Below, piece by piece: positions 8,329-18,403 of a stretch of 31,932 nucleotides of DNA (position 1 is its first letter; the number at the start of each line of letters is the position of its first letter). The DNA lies in the IMG/VR virus record IMGVR_UViG_3300031953_000074, positions 1 to 31,932 of that record; one strand, given 5' to 3'. This stretch comes from a virus. Its lineage: Duplodnaviria; Caudoviricetes. Made by a program: the position numbers and the translations under genes. The notes under the pieces are model-generated. The model made no database searches. It had not been told where the DNA came from and saw only the letters and a program-made list of their open reading frames with translations.

Positions 8329-8432
8329 TGTTCGAATATTAAAAATGATGTGATAATAATTCCTATTAATATAGCAGCTACCACTAGGAATATTTCCCAG
8401 GTCGGGTGTTCTTTGTCAAGCCAGTTTTTCAT
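8325..8432 (-). CDS. 35-aa single-TM protein
   Basis: Not in the track. MKNWLDKEHPTWEIFLVVAAILIGIIITSFLIFEQ* with ATGA overlaps on both sides. Confidence 0.7.
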   Translation of the reverse strand: MKNWLDKEHPTWEIFLVVAAILIGIIITSFLIFEQ

Positions 8433-8941
8433 CTTGTTTTGTATTTACGTTCAAATTCTTTGGTACGCTCCATCGTTTCAAATTTTGCCTGAATTTTCTT
8501 GTACTTCTCTATAAAATTCAAGGCCTTGTTTATATCGAATTCCAAGGACTTTTCGCAATGGTCAAATTCCAATGTGTTCAAATCGTGCCTCAGGTTCAAG
8601 CCCCATTCATTCAGGTTGTCAAGCTTGAAATTCAGTTCCAGTACCGTGCTCATTTTTTCCCCCGCTATTCCAAATGGGAATTGTGATTTCTTTTTCAGGA
8701 ACAGCCAGTTGAAAAATTCCCCGCCTACAATATTGCCAAGGATGTCATATCCAACCCCAATTTGTTTGGATTGCTCTCCGTTCTCTGTCAGGATTTCCCC
8801 TATATTTTTCCTTCGCTTTTTTAGGGTGGCTAAATAGTGGATAGTTGCGGCCAGGGAAACTATAGGCAAAAGAATAATGCCAATGAATTTCAGCAATAAG
8901 CCGAGCAGGAAACGTCCTATGTGGTTGGCAGCGGTTTTCAT
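8429..8941 (-). CDS. Phage membrane protein
   Basis: N-terminal TM; DILGNIV...FG..GE..S.VL...DHC pattern. Confidence 0.75.
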   Translation of the reverse strand: MKTAANHIGRFLLGLLLKFIGIILLPIVSLAATIHYLATLKKRRKNIGEILTENGEQSKQIGVGYDILGNIVGGEFFNWLFLKKKSQFPFGIAGEKMSTVLELNFKLDNLNEWGLNLRHDLNTLEFDHCEKSLEFDINKALNFIEKYKKIQAKFETMERTKEFERKYKTR

Positions 8942-9357
8942 TATACTGCTATTTCTGTTGCTGTATCTACCATTTCAAGGTTTGCCGGATTTACCGTATA
9001 AGGCGGTTTGGTTTGGTTTTCATAAATATTTGCCAATGCTATCACGTGTCGGAATTTGTCGGTAAAATTATCGGTTGGTAGAATGGTAATATTGAAATAT
9101 GAAAAAAGTACATTTACTTCATCCGCTGTGTAAATTCTTTTCTTGTACTGTGTGCCATCCTCTTGCCTTATTATTTCATAGGAATATAATGGTGAACCGG
9201 GGACTAGATTTTCATTGGTGATTTGCTGATAATCTTTGACCGAGATTTGCCATCTGTTCATATCTTCCTGCCATTCCAAATTAACACTCATTGCCAATAT
9301 TGACAAGGTGTTTTTCCTTCCTATAGGTACTAACTCTGTGGTTCTTACTATTTTCAT
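8941..9357 (-). CDS. Hypothetical tail-region protein
   Basis: 138-aa ORF coupled to its neighbour. Confidence 0.75.
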   Translation of the reverse strand: MKIVRTTELVPIGRKNTLSILAMSVNLEWQEDMNRWQISVKDYQQITNENLVPGSPLYSYEIIRQEDGTQYKKRIYTADEVNVLFSYFNITILPTDNFTDKFRHVIALANIYENQTKPPYTVNPANLEMVDTATEIAV

Positions 9358-9374
9358 ATTTCTGAAGCTTTATA

Positions 9375-10484
9375 TTAATAAATATCATTTAAAATTTGGT
9401 AAATCACGTCTTGCTTACTCTCTAACGCACTACCTATTAACCAATAATTCAACGACCAGCCCCTCGCATTGTTCACATTAATTCCGTTGTAATTATGCGC
9501 CGGTATATTCATAGTGGCGTTTGACATTCCGTCTTCCCCTCTTAGAGCCGTTTGCCCAAAATAAACCCCGTCAAAATGTGCTTTTTTAATACTTAGGTTT
9601 CTTGAAAGGTGTATATGTGATTTTATATTGATAGCTGGATCCCACGAAATATAGGATGAAAGAGTATCGTTTATAACAATCATAATTCGGTTTGATGAGT
9701 ACATTTGAATGCTTAAATTTCCCGCGGTTGTACCTTCTCTAATTACTGCGATGTTCCCTGTTTCAATAGGGTGGTCAGGCGATTTCCATATAATAGACGC
9801 ATCGTCCAATTTGTAATTAACGCTATCCGTTTTAAGGTTCCAATTAGATTGAAAAAAACAATCCCCCGACGCTTCGGCGGGAAAATTCATTCCTAAATTT
9901 TTAATAAAAATAGGGGGTTCTGTAATATCATAAGGAATAAGAGGAAAAGCCGTAGGGTTTACCCAGTTTAAAGTATAAAAATTAACATCCATTGGTAATT
10001 CCGGGTAATCGTTGTTAAAATAATAAAAAAGGTCAAATGAATTGAAAATCCCTTCTGTTTTAAAATTTATTATTCTTTGGTTATCCGTTGCGCGTTGGGC
10101 GATACTTGGAATTTGTTTCCCTTTTAAAATAGCTTCATTAAGCATAGCTTCGTACTCTGCTTCGTAATTATATCCTGAAAATGAATTTGCCCCTGTTGTT
10201 ACCGATATCTCATTAGAAAAAACATCTTCCCCTCCACTTGTCACAGGAACAATTTTAATTAAATAGTCCGTTAAAACATCTGTAAAAATTACAAAGTCGC
10301 CAGGTTTTAAGATATCTGAATAATACATCCCATCTAAATAAACAGCATACTTTATTATCCCTTCTAAAATAGGTGGTGTAAAGGTTAATCCAACAGCTAC
10401 GCCATAAACTTCAATCGCTGCCAAGTCTAATATTATAATTGACTCAGTTTTTCTCTGCCCTAATATGTTACTTCTAAAACTCAT
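9375..10484 (-). CDS. Putative receptor-binding or tail-fibre-associated protein
   Basis: Follows the fibre gene; FN3-like N-terminus (SNEISVTT), beta-rich C-terminus; AT-rich. Confidence 0.65.
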   Translation of the reverse strand: MSFRSNILGQRKTESIIILDLAAIEVYGVAVGLTFTPPILEGIIKYAVYLDGMYYSDILKPGDFVIFTDVLTDYLIKIVPVTSGGEDVFSNEISVTTGANSFSGYNYEAEYEAMLNEAILKGKQIPSIAQRATDNQRIINFKTEGIFNSFDLFYYFNNDYPELPMDVNFYTLNWVNPTAFPLIPYDITEPPIFIKNLGMNFPAEASGDCFFQSNWNLKTDSVNYKLDDASIIWKSPDHPIETGNIAVIREGTTAGNLSIQMYSSNRIMIVINDTLSSYISWDPAINIKSHIHLSRNLSIKKAHFDGVYFGQTALRGEDGMSNATMNIPAHNYNGINVNNARGWSLNYWLIGSALESKQDVIYQILNDIY

Positions 10485-12328
10485 TATACAGAAAATTCGC
10501 CGTAGCCAGTTAATTTTGATGTTACAGGCTCCTTAAAAAGGGTAACTGCTTTTTTTGCTAGTATTATTTGTCCGTCTTCGAATAGGATTTCGGCTGCTTG
10601 CCCTGCGATGGTTGCCTGTCCTGCTGCGCTGCAAACGAGGTTAGTTTTAAAATTCGCTAATCCTCCGGATGGATAGGTAAGGGTCACCGTCTGGGTAACG
10701 TAGAGGACTTTCCCGATATCGGTCGCGGCAAAATTCCGGGATGCCGAAACCGTCACCGGCACGTCGATGTCAATTTGGGAAATATAAAGCGTATCGAAAT
10801 ACGTTTTTAAAGTTGCCTTTATATTGGCCCAGGTAACTTTCTTGATGATGTTTGCTGCGGCACTATCCAAAATGGAAAGTAAATCAGAATCCACGGGTGT
10901 TGTTTTTGCGGCTGCGGCCACTACTTCGGTTTGATAGCTTGAACTAGCTAAATCCAAAGATTCCTGTTCGCTCAACTTCCTGTAATCTGCTTCCGTTCCC
11001 AAAGTCGTTCCCAAATATTCAAAGTCCGCCCATCCACTATCTACCGTGGAAAAGCTCGAAGCATCGGCAACGGTGTAAATCCCTTTATCTACTTGGCTAA
11101 CTTGGTCTGCCAATAATGCGGCATAGGTGGCATATCTTCCCGTAATTCCTGAACCGCCACCTGTCAAAGCATTGCTTTCCGCTTTAGAATACACATCCAA
11201 ATTAGTACGTGAAGTCGCAATGTTGTTTAAATCTGAAAGGTTGTTGGCTTTCTTCACCACTTCTTCATCATTGGCAGGGGTGATTCCCAAGGCGGCTATA
11301 ATCTTCGCAGATGTCAGCGCATCCAGTGCAAATACCAAATCTTCAATTTCATCATAAGTATAAATGACGTTTTCATCCTTCACCAGGTACAAGATATCTT
11401 CTTCCAGGACAAGTGCAGCAAGATCCGTGAAGGTTTCTACAGGGATTGTGTTGCCGGAAAGGCTTACCGCATAATCCTTGGCTGCCTGTTCTGCGGCATC
11501 TGCTTTGCTTTGTGCGCCGGCAGTGGTTTCTTTTGAGTTGGCAAGGTTTTCAAGGTCCTGAGCAGTGCCGTTGTAGGTGCCTTTGTCGAGTTTAAGTCCT
11601 ATGCTGGTGATGACGGCCGTAATTTGTGCCTGTAGTTTTCCGAAGGCGGTTAAAATAGAATCGGCTGCGGTGATGGCTCCAGCGTTCAAAAAGCTTATTC
11701 CTGTAAGTACAGTGGCCCGCACACGGTTTTCGGTGAAATATTTGTTTGTGGGACCTTCAGGAACTTCATCTGTAGTGCCGGGGCTGGCCTTGATTTCTGA
11801 ATAAGCAGTGCCGCCCCACCTGAATTGTTGCCCGGATGTAGGATTGCCAGTTGAAACATCCTGGTATATCTTGGCAGCGCCGGGAGTAACAGCCAAACCG
11901 CCAATATCATTAAAGGTAGTGGCGTCTATATAAGTTCCTTCCACAATTTCATCTACAAAACCAGGTAAATTAGCAGCGGGCACTTTAAGATTTGCATCTA
12001 ATCCCGCATATCCGTTGGCCGTTCCTTTTTCAGATTTCGCCTGGTAGTTAACAAGCTGTTCATCTGTGTAGAGATTTGCAGCGCCATCTATTGCCGCAAT
12101 GGCATCTGCGGTTGCTTTTGTGGTGGGATATTGGGTGTTGTTTGGCGCAGTGAGGTTGGTCACCTTATTGGTTTTCTTTTCGGCTGCGGTGTCTATAGCT
12201 TCCAGGGCGGCATCTATAGCATCGGCATTGTCATTAAGGCCCTGCGCGGCGGTGCGTGCCGGGGTTCCGGTTTTATCTTCAGCGGTGATGCCGCGGTAGA
12301 TTTTAAAAAGATTGCCTATATATCCCAT
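10484..12328 (-). CDS. Tail fibre protein
   Basis: Ala/Thr-rich mosaic with fibre-type motifs (EKGTANGYAGLD, TDEVPEGPTNKYFT, DSILTAFGKLQAQI, KANNLSDL). Confidence 0.8.
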   Translation of the reverse strand: MGYIGNLFKIYRGITAEDKTGTPARTAAQGLNDNADAIDAALEAIDTAAEKKTNKVTNLTAPNNTQYPTTKATADAIAAIDGAANLYTDEQLVNYQAKSEKGTANGYAGLDANLKVPAANLPGFVDEIVEGTYIDATTFNDIGGLAVTPGAAKIYQDVSTGNPTSGQQFRWGGTAYSEIKASPGTTDEVPEGPTNKYFTENRVRATVLTGISFLNAGAITAADSILTAFGKLQAQITAVITSIGLKLDKGTYNGTAQDLENLANSKETTAGAQSKADAAEQAAKDYAVSLSGNTIPVETFTDLAALVLEEDILYLVKDENVIYTYDEIEDLVFALDALTSAKIIAALGITPANDEEVVKKANNLSDLNNIATSRTNLDVYSKAESNALTGGGSGITGRYATYAALLADQVSQVDKGIYTVADASSFSTVDSGWADFEYLGTTLGTEADYRKLSEQESLDLASSSYQTEVVAAAAKTTPVDSDLLSILDSAAANIIKKVTWANIKATLKTYFDTLYISQIDIDVPVTVSASRNFAATDIGKVLYVTQTVTLTYPSGGLANFKTNLVCSAAGQATIAGQAAEILFEDGQIILAKKAVTLFKEPVTSKLTGYGEFSV

Positions 12329-12382
12329 TATTTTAATTTTATTTTTCGGTTGAGACGCACTGGTAGGGCGGCTGTACCATTA

Positions 12383-12547
12383 TTATATTTCGTCAAAGGT
12401 TCTCATTAATGTATCAAATGTGATCTCCATACTGTCAAAGGTGAATTTGCCTTCGGGTGGTGGGCCGGGCGTGGTGATGGCTTTGGAATCTTCATTGATA
12501 GAGGTTGGGTGCCTGTCGCCGTATAATATTTTTTTGTTTAAATACAT
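12383..12547 (-). CDS. 54-aa tail-tip protein with a repeated TFD motif
   Basis: Not in the track. MYLNKKILYGD...FTFDSMEITFDTLMRTFDEI*; TAATG coupling to the upstream gene. Confidence 0.75.
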   Translation of the reverse strand: MYLNKKILYGDRHPTSINEDSKAITTPGPPPEGKFTFDSMEITFDTLMRTFDEI

Positions 12548-15348
12548 TATATTATTGCTTTTAATTCCTTTTTAAAAGGAAGGTTTGTAATGGTGCCCAT
12601 TCCGTTCACGAACACTGCTTTGTTAAATTCTATGGCTACATAAGCATCTGCAATTGTTTGGCCCGTGTTAATTTTTATTTCAGATTCAAATTCTATGGTA
12701 ATAACATCGGGCTTATTTACCTGGAAGAAAGCAGAGAAGGTTTGCTCGTCTGGGATTGACGTTGAAAAGTTTTTCATAAAGGAAAGGTTCCCATATTTAA
12801 AAACTTTTATAGCGGAATGTCCATTGCTGGAATCATTAGTGCTATTCATTCCAAGGGTCACATCAAAAAATAAATTAACACTCACATTTACCGGCAAGTT
12901 TTCAACGATTTCCAGCTGCCAGGTTTCCTTTAATTTTAAATAATTCTGATACCGTTCCCCGCCAACAGAATCCCCACTAAATTCTTCTGAAGAAATCAAA
13001 GTGAGCACAATATTATAATCCCCAACCCTAAAGACGTGCATCGTGTCACTGGCAGTCGCTCCGGTATTATCTGTAGCGGTGAGCTGAAAGGTATATGCGT
13101 TGCCCAAAAGTCCGGATATCAACGGATTTAAGGCAGCATTAGAGGAATAACTTTCCCCGGCATCCCCAGAAATCCGTTCCCAAAGCAGGGAAGAAATAGA
13201 ACCATCTGGATCATTCACCACGGCCTGAGTAATTTGGGCAGAAGTGGCAGATGTGCCTATCATTATATCTGGCCCGGCATCTACATAGGGCGGAATATTA
13301 CCAAGGGAAGCGCCAGCATAAACGCCTTCTATCAATGTCACCTGGGTTTCATTGTCATCTGGATTCCAGTTGATATTGGTGGGCACAAAATATTTTTTTA
13401 CACCTTTGTACGCAAATTCTATAAGATCATTGAATTTTATAGGATTTTGCACAGTGGCTTCAATCATTATATGAGGTTCCTTAAACAACTTTCCTTCAAT
13501 TTCTGCTACTACCTGGGCATAGGGTTTTTGCTCGATTTTATAAACGGCATCGCTCCATTTCATCCATTCGGTCCGGTCTATGGTTGCAGGTTTATATGGT
13601 TGCACGTGAACATAAAAATTATCTGGAATAAAGAAACTTCCACCATCGTAATACTCTTCGGTTTCTATTGCCATTTCTTCCCCACCGTTCAAATTAAAAT
13701 GAACAATGGGATTATTTACCAGAATGAAAACCCTGTAAAATACGTTGTTTGGATATTGCTGGATAAGCACTGCGCCCTCCACAGATACGATTGCGTAATT
13801 CTTACCGTTTTGTTGCCTTCCGTAACGTATAGGTACTTTAACAACAGTATCCGCATTTATTTCAAATTCCCTTGTTTTCTCAAGGTAAAAACACTTACTC
13901 TCCAGGGAAATATCATCACTCAAAGCCAAATCTATTTCCCTGGTCCGGGAAGAATCCAGATTTAGATCTTCAGTATAAATAAAATTATCCCGCTGATCTA
14001 TGTTTTCAATTTCAAGATTCAAAACCCGCACGGCTTCTATCCAGGTTTCGGTAAGAATTCCACGCGGCTCAAAGAGTTCTATGTTTATATATCCGTTTTC
14101 CTGAGCCACAAATTCAAGGTTCACGTCTGTTTTTAAATCGTCCTGAAAAACAAGTCGGGTGGCGTCGCCAATTATTGTGGAGGCATTGTAAAAAAGCGGA
14201 GTGGCGTTCAATGAGATCTTATAAACCTGCATATCTATCCAAATACCTGAAACACGGTTATCGGTTTTCCGGGTTTCGGAAATAGATCCGTACCAGGGCA
14301 GGAGTTCAAAAGCCAGTTTTATTCGCACCTTTGTACCCTTCAACACATATTTCTTTTCCTTTAACTCAATTTTATTCGAAACATTTAAAACAGCCGCATC
14401 ACTTACAGGCAGTTCCAGGTAATATTCAGGATAAATAATCTTTGGTAAATAATGGGTGTAATCCCAATGCCTTGCAACAAAATCAAAATTCCCAACAGAC
14501 TTTGCCCAGGAGATATTTGTTTCCTGAAATACTTCTTCAGACAAAACAAGCATTGCAGCTTCGTGAGATACGCTGACTTCCCGCATTCCAGGCACGGTAG
14601 AAATGGTAGGAGTGGGGGACCAATAGACTGTTTTCACATTTTTTTCAATGTCAAAACTGCCAAGGAAAGTCCCCGATAAATTATAAGTGTCGAATTTCAC
14701 AGTTTTTAAATGCCGAAAATTTACACCTTCAATATACCACCTGCCCTGAGATTGGAACAACTGGCAGCGCATAGAACTCACCAATTCTTCCAGGATCTCA
14801 TAAGCTGAAGGAAGGGTGTCTATATCCCAATATTTCCTGCCATCAAAAACTATCTGGTGCCACTTTTTATTTAAATGATTTACGATTGCAGGGGCCAGGT
14901 AAATATCAAAATTAATACCTGTAAGCGTTAGTAATTGTGCCAGGGCATCGGTTACGAAATGTTCATTTTCATAGAATTCCGGGGGGAGTTTTTTTCCGCG
15001 CAATAATCCAAGTCCGTCCACGGCAGAAAATTGCACGTAGTGAACTCCATTTTCATAGGGTTCTGAATAGGTTTCAGGAAGGAAGAAACCCTGGAACACT
15101 ATTTCACCCGTGGAAAATACACGCTGTGTCAATCTGAAGCGGTTTTCGTCACTGGTGAAATACTCTGAATAAAGGCCGTCAACACCCGAAAAGTTTTCCA
15201 AGGTGAATTCGTATTCGCCACCTACAATAGGTTGCGTCTTGTCGTCACTACCGTTCCAGATTTGGCGTAGGGAACCACGCGCTGCCTGGTGCAGGATTAA
15301 TGGTTCCTGTGGGTTGGTGAGATCTTCTATGACAAGTTCGTAATCCAT
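12547..15348 (-). CDS. Large tail-tip/hub protein with a PKD/Ig-like domain
   Basis: 933 aa after the tape measure; PPYVDAGPD...W...YTFQLTATDNTGATASD. Confidence 0.85.
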   Translation of the reverse strand: MDYELVIEDLTNPQEPLILHQAARGSLRQIWNGSDDKTQPIVGGEYEFTLENFSGVDGLYSEYFTSDENRFRLTQRVFSTGEIVFQGFFLPETYSEPYENGVHYVQFSAVDGLGLLRGKKLPPEFYENEHFVTDALAQLLTLTGINFDIYLAPAIVNHLNKKWHQIVFDGRKYWDIDTLPSAYEILEELVSSMRCQLFQSQGRWYIEGVNFRHLKTVKFDTYNLSGTFLGSFDIEKNVKTVYWSPTPTISTVPGMREVSVSHEAAMLVLSEEVFQETNISWAKSVGNFDFVARHWDYTHYLPKIIYPEYYLELPVSDAAVLNVSNKIELKEKKYVLKGTKVRIKLAFELLPWYGSISETRKTDNRVSGIWIDMQVYKISLNATPLFYNASTIIGDATRLVFQDDLKTDVNLEFVAQENGYINIELFEPRGILTETWIEAVRVLNLEIENIDQRDNFIYTEDLNLDSSRTREIDLALSDDISLESKCFYLEKTREFEINADTVVKVPIRYGRQQNGKNYAIVSVEGAVLIQQYPNNVFYRVFILVNNPIVHFNLNGGEEMAIETEEYYDGGSFFIPDNFYVHVQPYKPATIDRTEWMKWSDAVYKIEQKPYAQVVAEIEGKLFKEPHIMIEATVQNPIKFNDLIEFAYKGVKKYFVPTNINWNPDDNETQVTLIEGVYAGASLGNIPPYVDAGPDIMIGTSATSAQITQAVVNDPDGSISSLLWERISGDAGESYSSNAALNPLISGLLGNAYTFQLTATDNTGATASDTMHVFRVGDYNIVLTLISSEEFSGDSVGGERYQNYLKLKETWQLEIVENLPVNVSVNLFFDVTLGMNSTNDSSNGHSAIKVFKYGNLSFMKNFSTSIPDEQTFSAFFQVNKPDVITIEFESEIKINTGQTIADAYVAIEFNKAVFVNGMGTITNLPFKKELKAII

Positions 15349-15420
15349 TGTTGTTTTTTCGGTTGAGACGCCCTAATAGGGCGTCTTTACTTTAATATGC
15401 CCTAATAGGGCATCTTTACG

Positions 15421-17490
15421 TTATCCGCGTCGTTTATTAAACGCGTCGCCGCGTTTTACAGCGGCCACCAGCGTGTTGTTTTTTAATATGAATTCTCCGG
15501 TGACGTTCATATTGCCACCGCCACCACCAACGGTGTCGGCTATCATTGCTTTTAATTTGTCGAGGGGCGCTATTACTTCGGGGTTTGAGTTGGCACCGGC
15601 ATATTCACCTACATAGGCCATTGTAGGTCCGTAGGCAATACCACCGTTTGCAAGGGCGGGAACGGCGGTGCGACCACCGGAGCTTCCGCCAACACCACCG
15701 GCAAAGATGGCTTTCACCACAGATGCAAGTGCTATTAATGCACCACCGGCTATTATAGCACCTACCCCAGACGCGAATACAGTTTTAAAGGCTTCGGAAG
15801 CAACACCTACAGCAATTAATGCCTGGCCTAATGTGTCCATAAATCCAGCTACAAGACCTATTAAACCTTTAAATAGATCACCTATAGAAGCATTTCCGGA
15901 GGCAAGGGCGCCAATGAATTCCGCAAAGAATTGCACCGTGTTTTGAATAGCACCTTCCAACGCGCTGTTAATCGTATCTCCAACGTCTACCATTGTATCT
16001 TTGAAGCCTTCAAAAGGATCTGGTAAATCTTCCAGGGTTAACCAGGCTTCATTTAAATCGTCTATTTTGTTGATGAAATATTCTACCTCGGCTGCATTTT
16101 TCGCAACGTCTATATCCATCGCCACCATCAACTGTATTTTGTCCAGCTCTTTTTGAGACCTGTTGATAGTGGCTTGTAGAGATTCATTCAGCGCTTTTTC
16201 CGCAGCGGCGGCTTCGGCTTTTATTTCGGCATCTGTAGGCAGTAGTTTTAAAGTAGGGGTGTTCGTAGTTTTAGTTTCTTCCGGTTTTGAAAGGATGTTA
16301 TTCAGTTTGTTCAAAGCCACCGAAGCATCACCCGTTGCTTTTGCGGCTTCGGTCATTTGGTCCCTAAGTTGCATCGCCACAAAACTGCTGTAGTTCCCAC
16401 CAGAAGCAACCAGATTATAAAATGTTTTCAGTTTTGAAACCGCCGGGGTGATGGTTTGCACCAATTCTGTAAAACCATATACCAAAGCAGCTACGGCAGC
16501 CACAACCCAGGTTATAGGGTTTGCAAGTATTACTGTATTTAAATATGTAAAAGCCGTAATTAATGCTGGAATTGCGGTTGTGGATAAGAACGCAAAGGCG
16601 GTTATTAATCCCGGGATTACGGTTGTCATTAATAAACCAAGGGTCACAAGTAATGGGCCTATTGCAGACAATAATGCCGCAACTATAACAATTGTTTTTT
16701 TAACTTCAGGAGAAAGCGCCTTAAATGATAGTGCCATTTCCTTTAATTTTGCAATAAAAGGAAGTAATGCTTCTGCAATTATTTTACCGAAATCCTCTAA
16801 AATATCCCCTAATATATTCGATAATTGCGTAAATGGGCCGGTACCTGCTTTTGCGGCAGCTTCGGCAGCGCCACCGTATTGATTTTGAAGTTCGTCGAGT
16901 ATTATTGTTTGCGCATCTGCCAGCCTGTTCGTAGCTACCAAAGAGTTGATGACGGCTTTTTGTTCCTTGGAAAATTGAATCCCGGACCTGCTTAAAGCTG
17001 ATAGGTTTGCAACCGGATCATTTAAGGCTTTTCCCAACTGAATGGATGCCGATTTTAAATCGCCATCCAATCGGGTAGCAAGGTCTAATGCGGCTTTTTG
17101 TGTTCTCTCAAATTGTACCCCGGCAATATTCGTGAAGGTAAGCAGTTGTGCTGTGGCACCTTGTAAAATTTCTTCATCCCCAAACAAGGTTGTATTTTGC
17201 AGATCACTGGCCATATCCTGCAACTTCTGGCTTGTAAATCCTACTGCATTCCCAGTGGATTTTAAACCTGCCTCTACCTGGGCAATTGCTTTTGCCTGTT
17301 TATTAAAAGACTGTACAGATTTTGCGCCTAAAGCAAGAAGCGGGAGCGTGAGACCGGCAGAAAGTCCAGCGCCCACTTTTGTCATTGCAGCGCCTACTTT
17401 CTTTATATCGCGGGTAGCATTGTCCATCTGTGAGCGGAACTGCTTCAGGTCTGCATTAAAACGGATGGATATTTTTGCGAAGCTGCTCAT
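15421..17490 (-). CDS. Tape measure protein
   Basis: 689 aa, Ala/Leu-rich helical; QLGKALNDP and LANGG...GEYAG...PEVIAPL motifs; position. Confidence 0.92.
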   Translation of the reverse strand: MSSFAKISIRFNADLKQFRSQMDNATRDIKKVGAAMTKVGAGLSAGLTLPLLALGAKSVQSFNKQAKAIAQVEAGLKSTGNAVGFTSQKLQDMASDLQNTTLFGDEEILQGATAQLLTFTNIAGVQFERTQKAALDLATRLDGDLKSASIQLGKALNDPVANLSALSRSGIQFSKEQKAVINSLVATNRLADAQTIILDELQNQYGGAAEAAAKAGTGPFTQLSNILGDILEDFGKIIAEALLPFIAKLKEMALSFKALSPEVKKTIVIVAALLSAIGPLLVTLGLLMTTVIPGLITAFAFLSTTAIPALITAFTYLNTVILANPITWVVAAVAALVYGFTELVQTITPAVSKLKTFYNLVASGGNYSSFVAMQLRDQMTEAAKATGDASVALNKLNNILSKPEETKTTNTPTLKLLPTDAEIKAEAAAAEKALNESLQATINRSQKELDKIQLMVAMDIDVAKNAAEVEYFINKIDDLNEAWLTLEDLPDPFEGFKDTMVDVGDTINSALEGAIQNTVQFFAEFIGALASGNASIGDLFKGLIGLVAGFMDTLGQALIAVGVASEAFKTVFASGVGAIIAGGALIALASVVKAIFAGGVGGSSGGRTAVPALANGGIAYGPTMAYVGEYAGANSNPEVIAPLDKLKAMIADTVGGGGGNMNVTGEFILKNNTLVAAVKRGDAFNKRRG

Positions 17491-17543
17491 AATTGGGGTT
17501 TATGGTTTAGCGTTTATGTTTATCTCAATACTAAATCTTCTTC

Positions 17544-17614
17544 AAAAAAAACCCGCAGCCTTTAAGTGGTGGGTTACACCGCTCGGGGATGGGATGCCTT
17601 TGGCCGGCGGGTTT
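17544..17614 (-). terminator. Terminator-like multi-stem structure upstream of the tape measure gene
   Basis: - strand CCCGCCGGCC...GGCTGCGGG followed by T8; ~40-nt loop containing a GGTG/CACC hairpin. Confidence 0.55.
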
Positions 17615-17638
17615 CAGTTAGACGTTAGACATTAGACT

Positions 17639-17950
17639 TTAGACATTCGTTTTCCCATCGGCCCTATCCCATACCGCCAGGGATTCTTTTTTATCTATGC
17701 TTTTGTGGAGACGTCCAAATTGGGCGTCTTTTCCTTTCTTTTCCCAAGGCAAAGGCATTAGCTCTGAAATAGGTTTCTTTCGGGACGCTTTGTCCAGGTG
17801 TGGCATTAGGCCCATCATTACCTGTTCGCGGTGCATCGAGAGTTTTTCCCGGTGTGTTATCTGGTGACCTTTCAGCACATTTGCAAAAGTGCGCGGGGTC
17901 ATTTGATAATACTCTTCTTCAGATAAGCGAAGTATCCCAAGGGCAATCAC
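17639..17950 (-). CDS. Tail assembly chaperone C-terminal (gpT-like) part, made as a -1 frameshift fusion with 18004..18402
   Basis: EEYYQMTPR motif; the frame is open upstream to the slippery site at 18052-18058. Confidence 0.85.
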   Translation of the reverse strand: MIALGILRLSEEEYYQMTPRTFANVLKGHQITHREKLSMHREQVMMGLMPHLDKASRKKPISELMPLPWEKKGKDAQFGRLHKSIDKKESLAVWDRADGKTNV

Positions 17951-18003
17951 TTCAAGATCATCCCAGGTTTCTTCAACTGAGACGGCCTGTAGGTCGTCTT
18001 TAC

Positions 18004-18402
18004 CTACTTCTTCTTTGTCGCCGACTTCCTCGCCTTGCTGCGAGGTTCCGCGTTTCCCGATGTTTCGGGTTTGGGGAAGCTTTCAGAAAAGGCAGCCAAC
18101 AGGATGCTTATCTTATCGGCATTGAACAAGAGTTCCTGCACCACATCGTCACGGGCCGGAATATCGTCCTCACGAACCATATCATACGAGCCAACTTCTA
18201 TTCCTGCCAGGGCAAGATCTCCAAGCATATCGCCTTGTTCAAAGGTGACTTCTTCTGATCCGCCTTCAGGAAATATAGATTGAAATTTGAGCGCCACGCC
18301 CTGAATGCCTTTACAGTCCCAGGCGTTGCCCAATAAACGAAAGGCGCCATACCCGAATTTTATCGGGTATTTATGGCCTTTTATTTCTAGTATTGTCGCC
18401 AT
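18004..18402 (-). CDS. Tail assembly chaperone (gpG-like)
   Basis: Between tail tube and tape measure; slippery heptamer near its 3' end. Confidence 0.85.
   Translation of the reverse strand: MATILEIKGHKYPIKFGYGAFRLLGNAWDCKGIQGVALKFQSIFPEGGSEEVTFEQGDMLGDLALAGIEVGSYDMVREDDIPARDDVVQELLFNADKISILLAAFSESFPKPETSGNAEPRSKARKSATKKK
18052..18058 (-). promoter_or_regulatory. Programmed -1 ribosomal frameshift site G GGA AAC
   Basis: In-phase X XXY YYZ heptamer, followed 6 nt later by hairpin CCTCGC-AGCAAG-GCGAGG; the -1 frame joins 17639..17950. Confidence 0.88.
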
Positions 18403-18403
18403 A

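Noticed and set aside
9375-15348. Diversity-generating retroelement targeting tail genes
   Set aside because: No reverse transcriptase, and no template/variable repeat pair differing at adenines was noticed.
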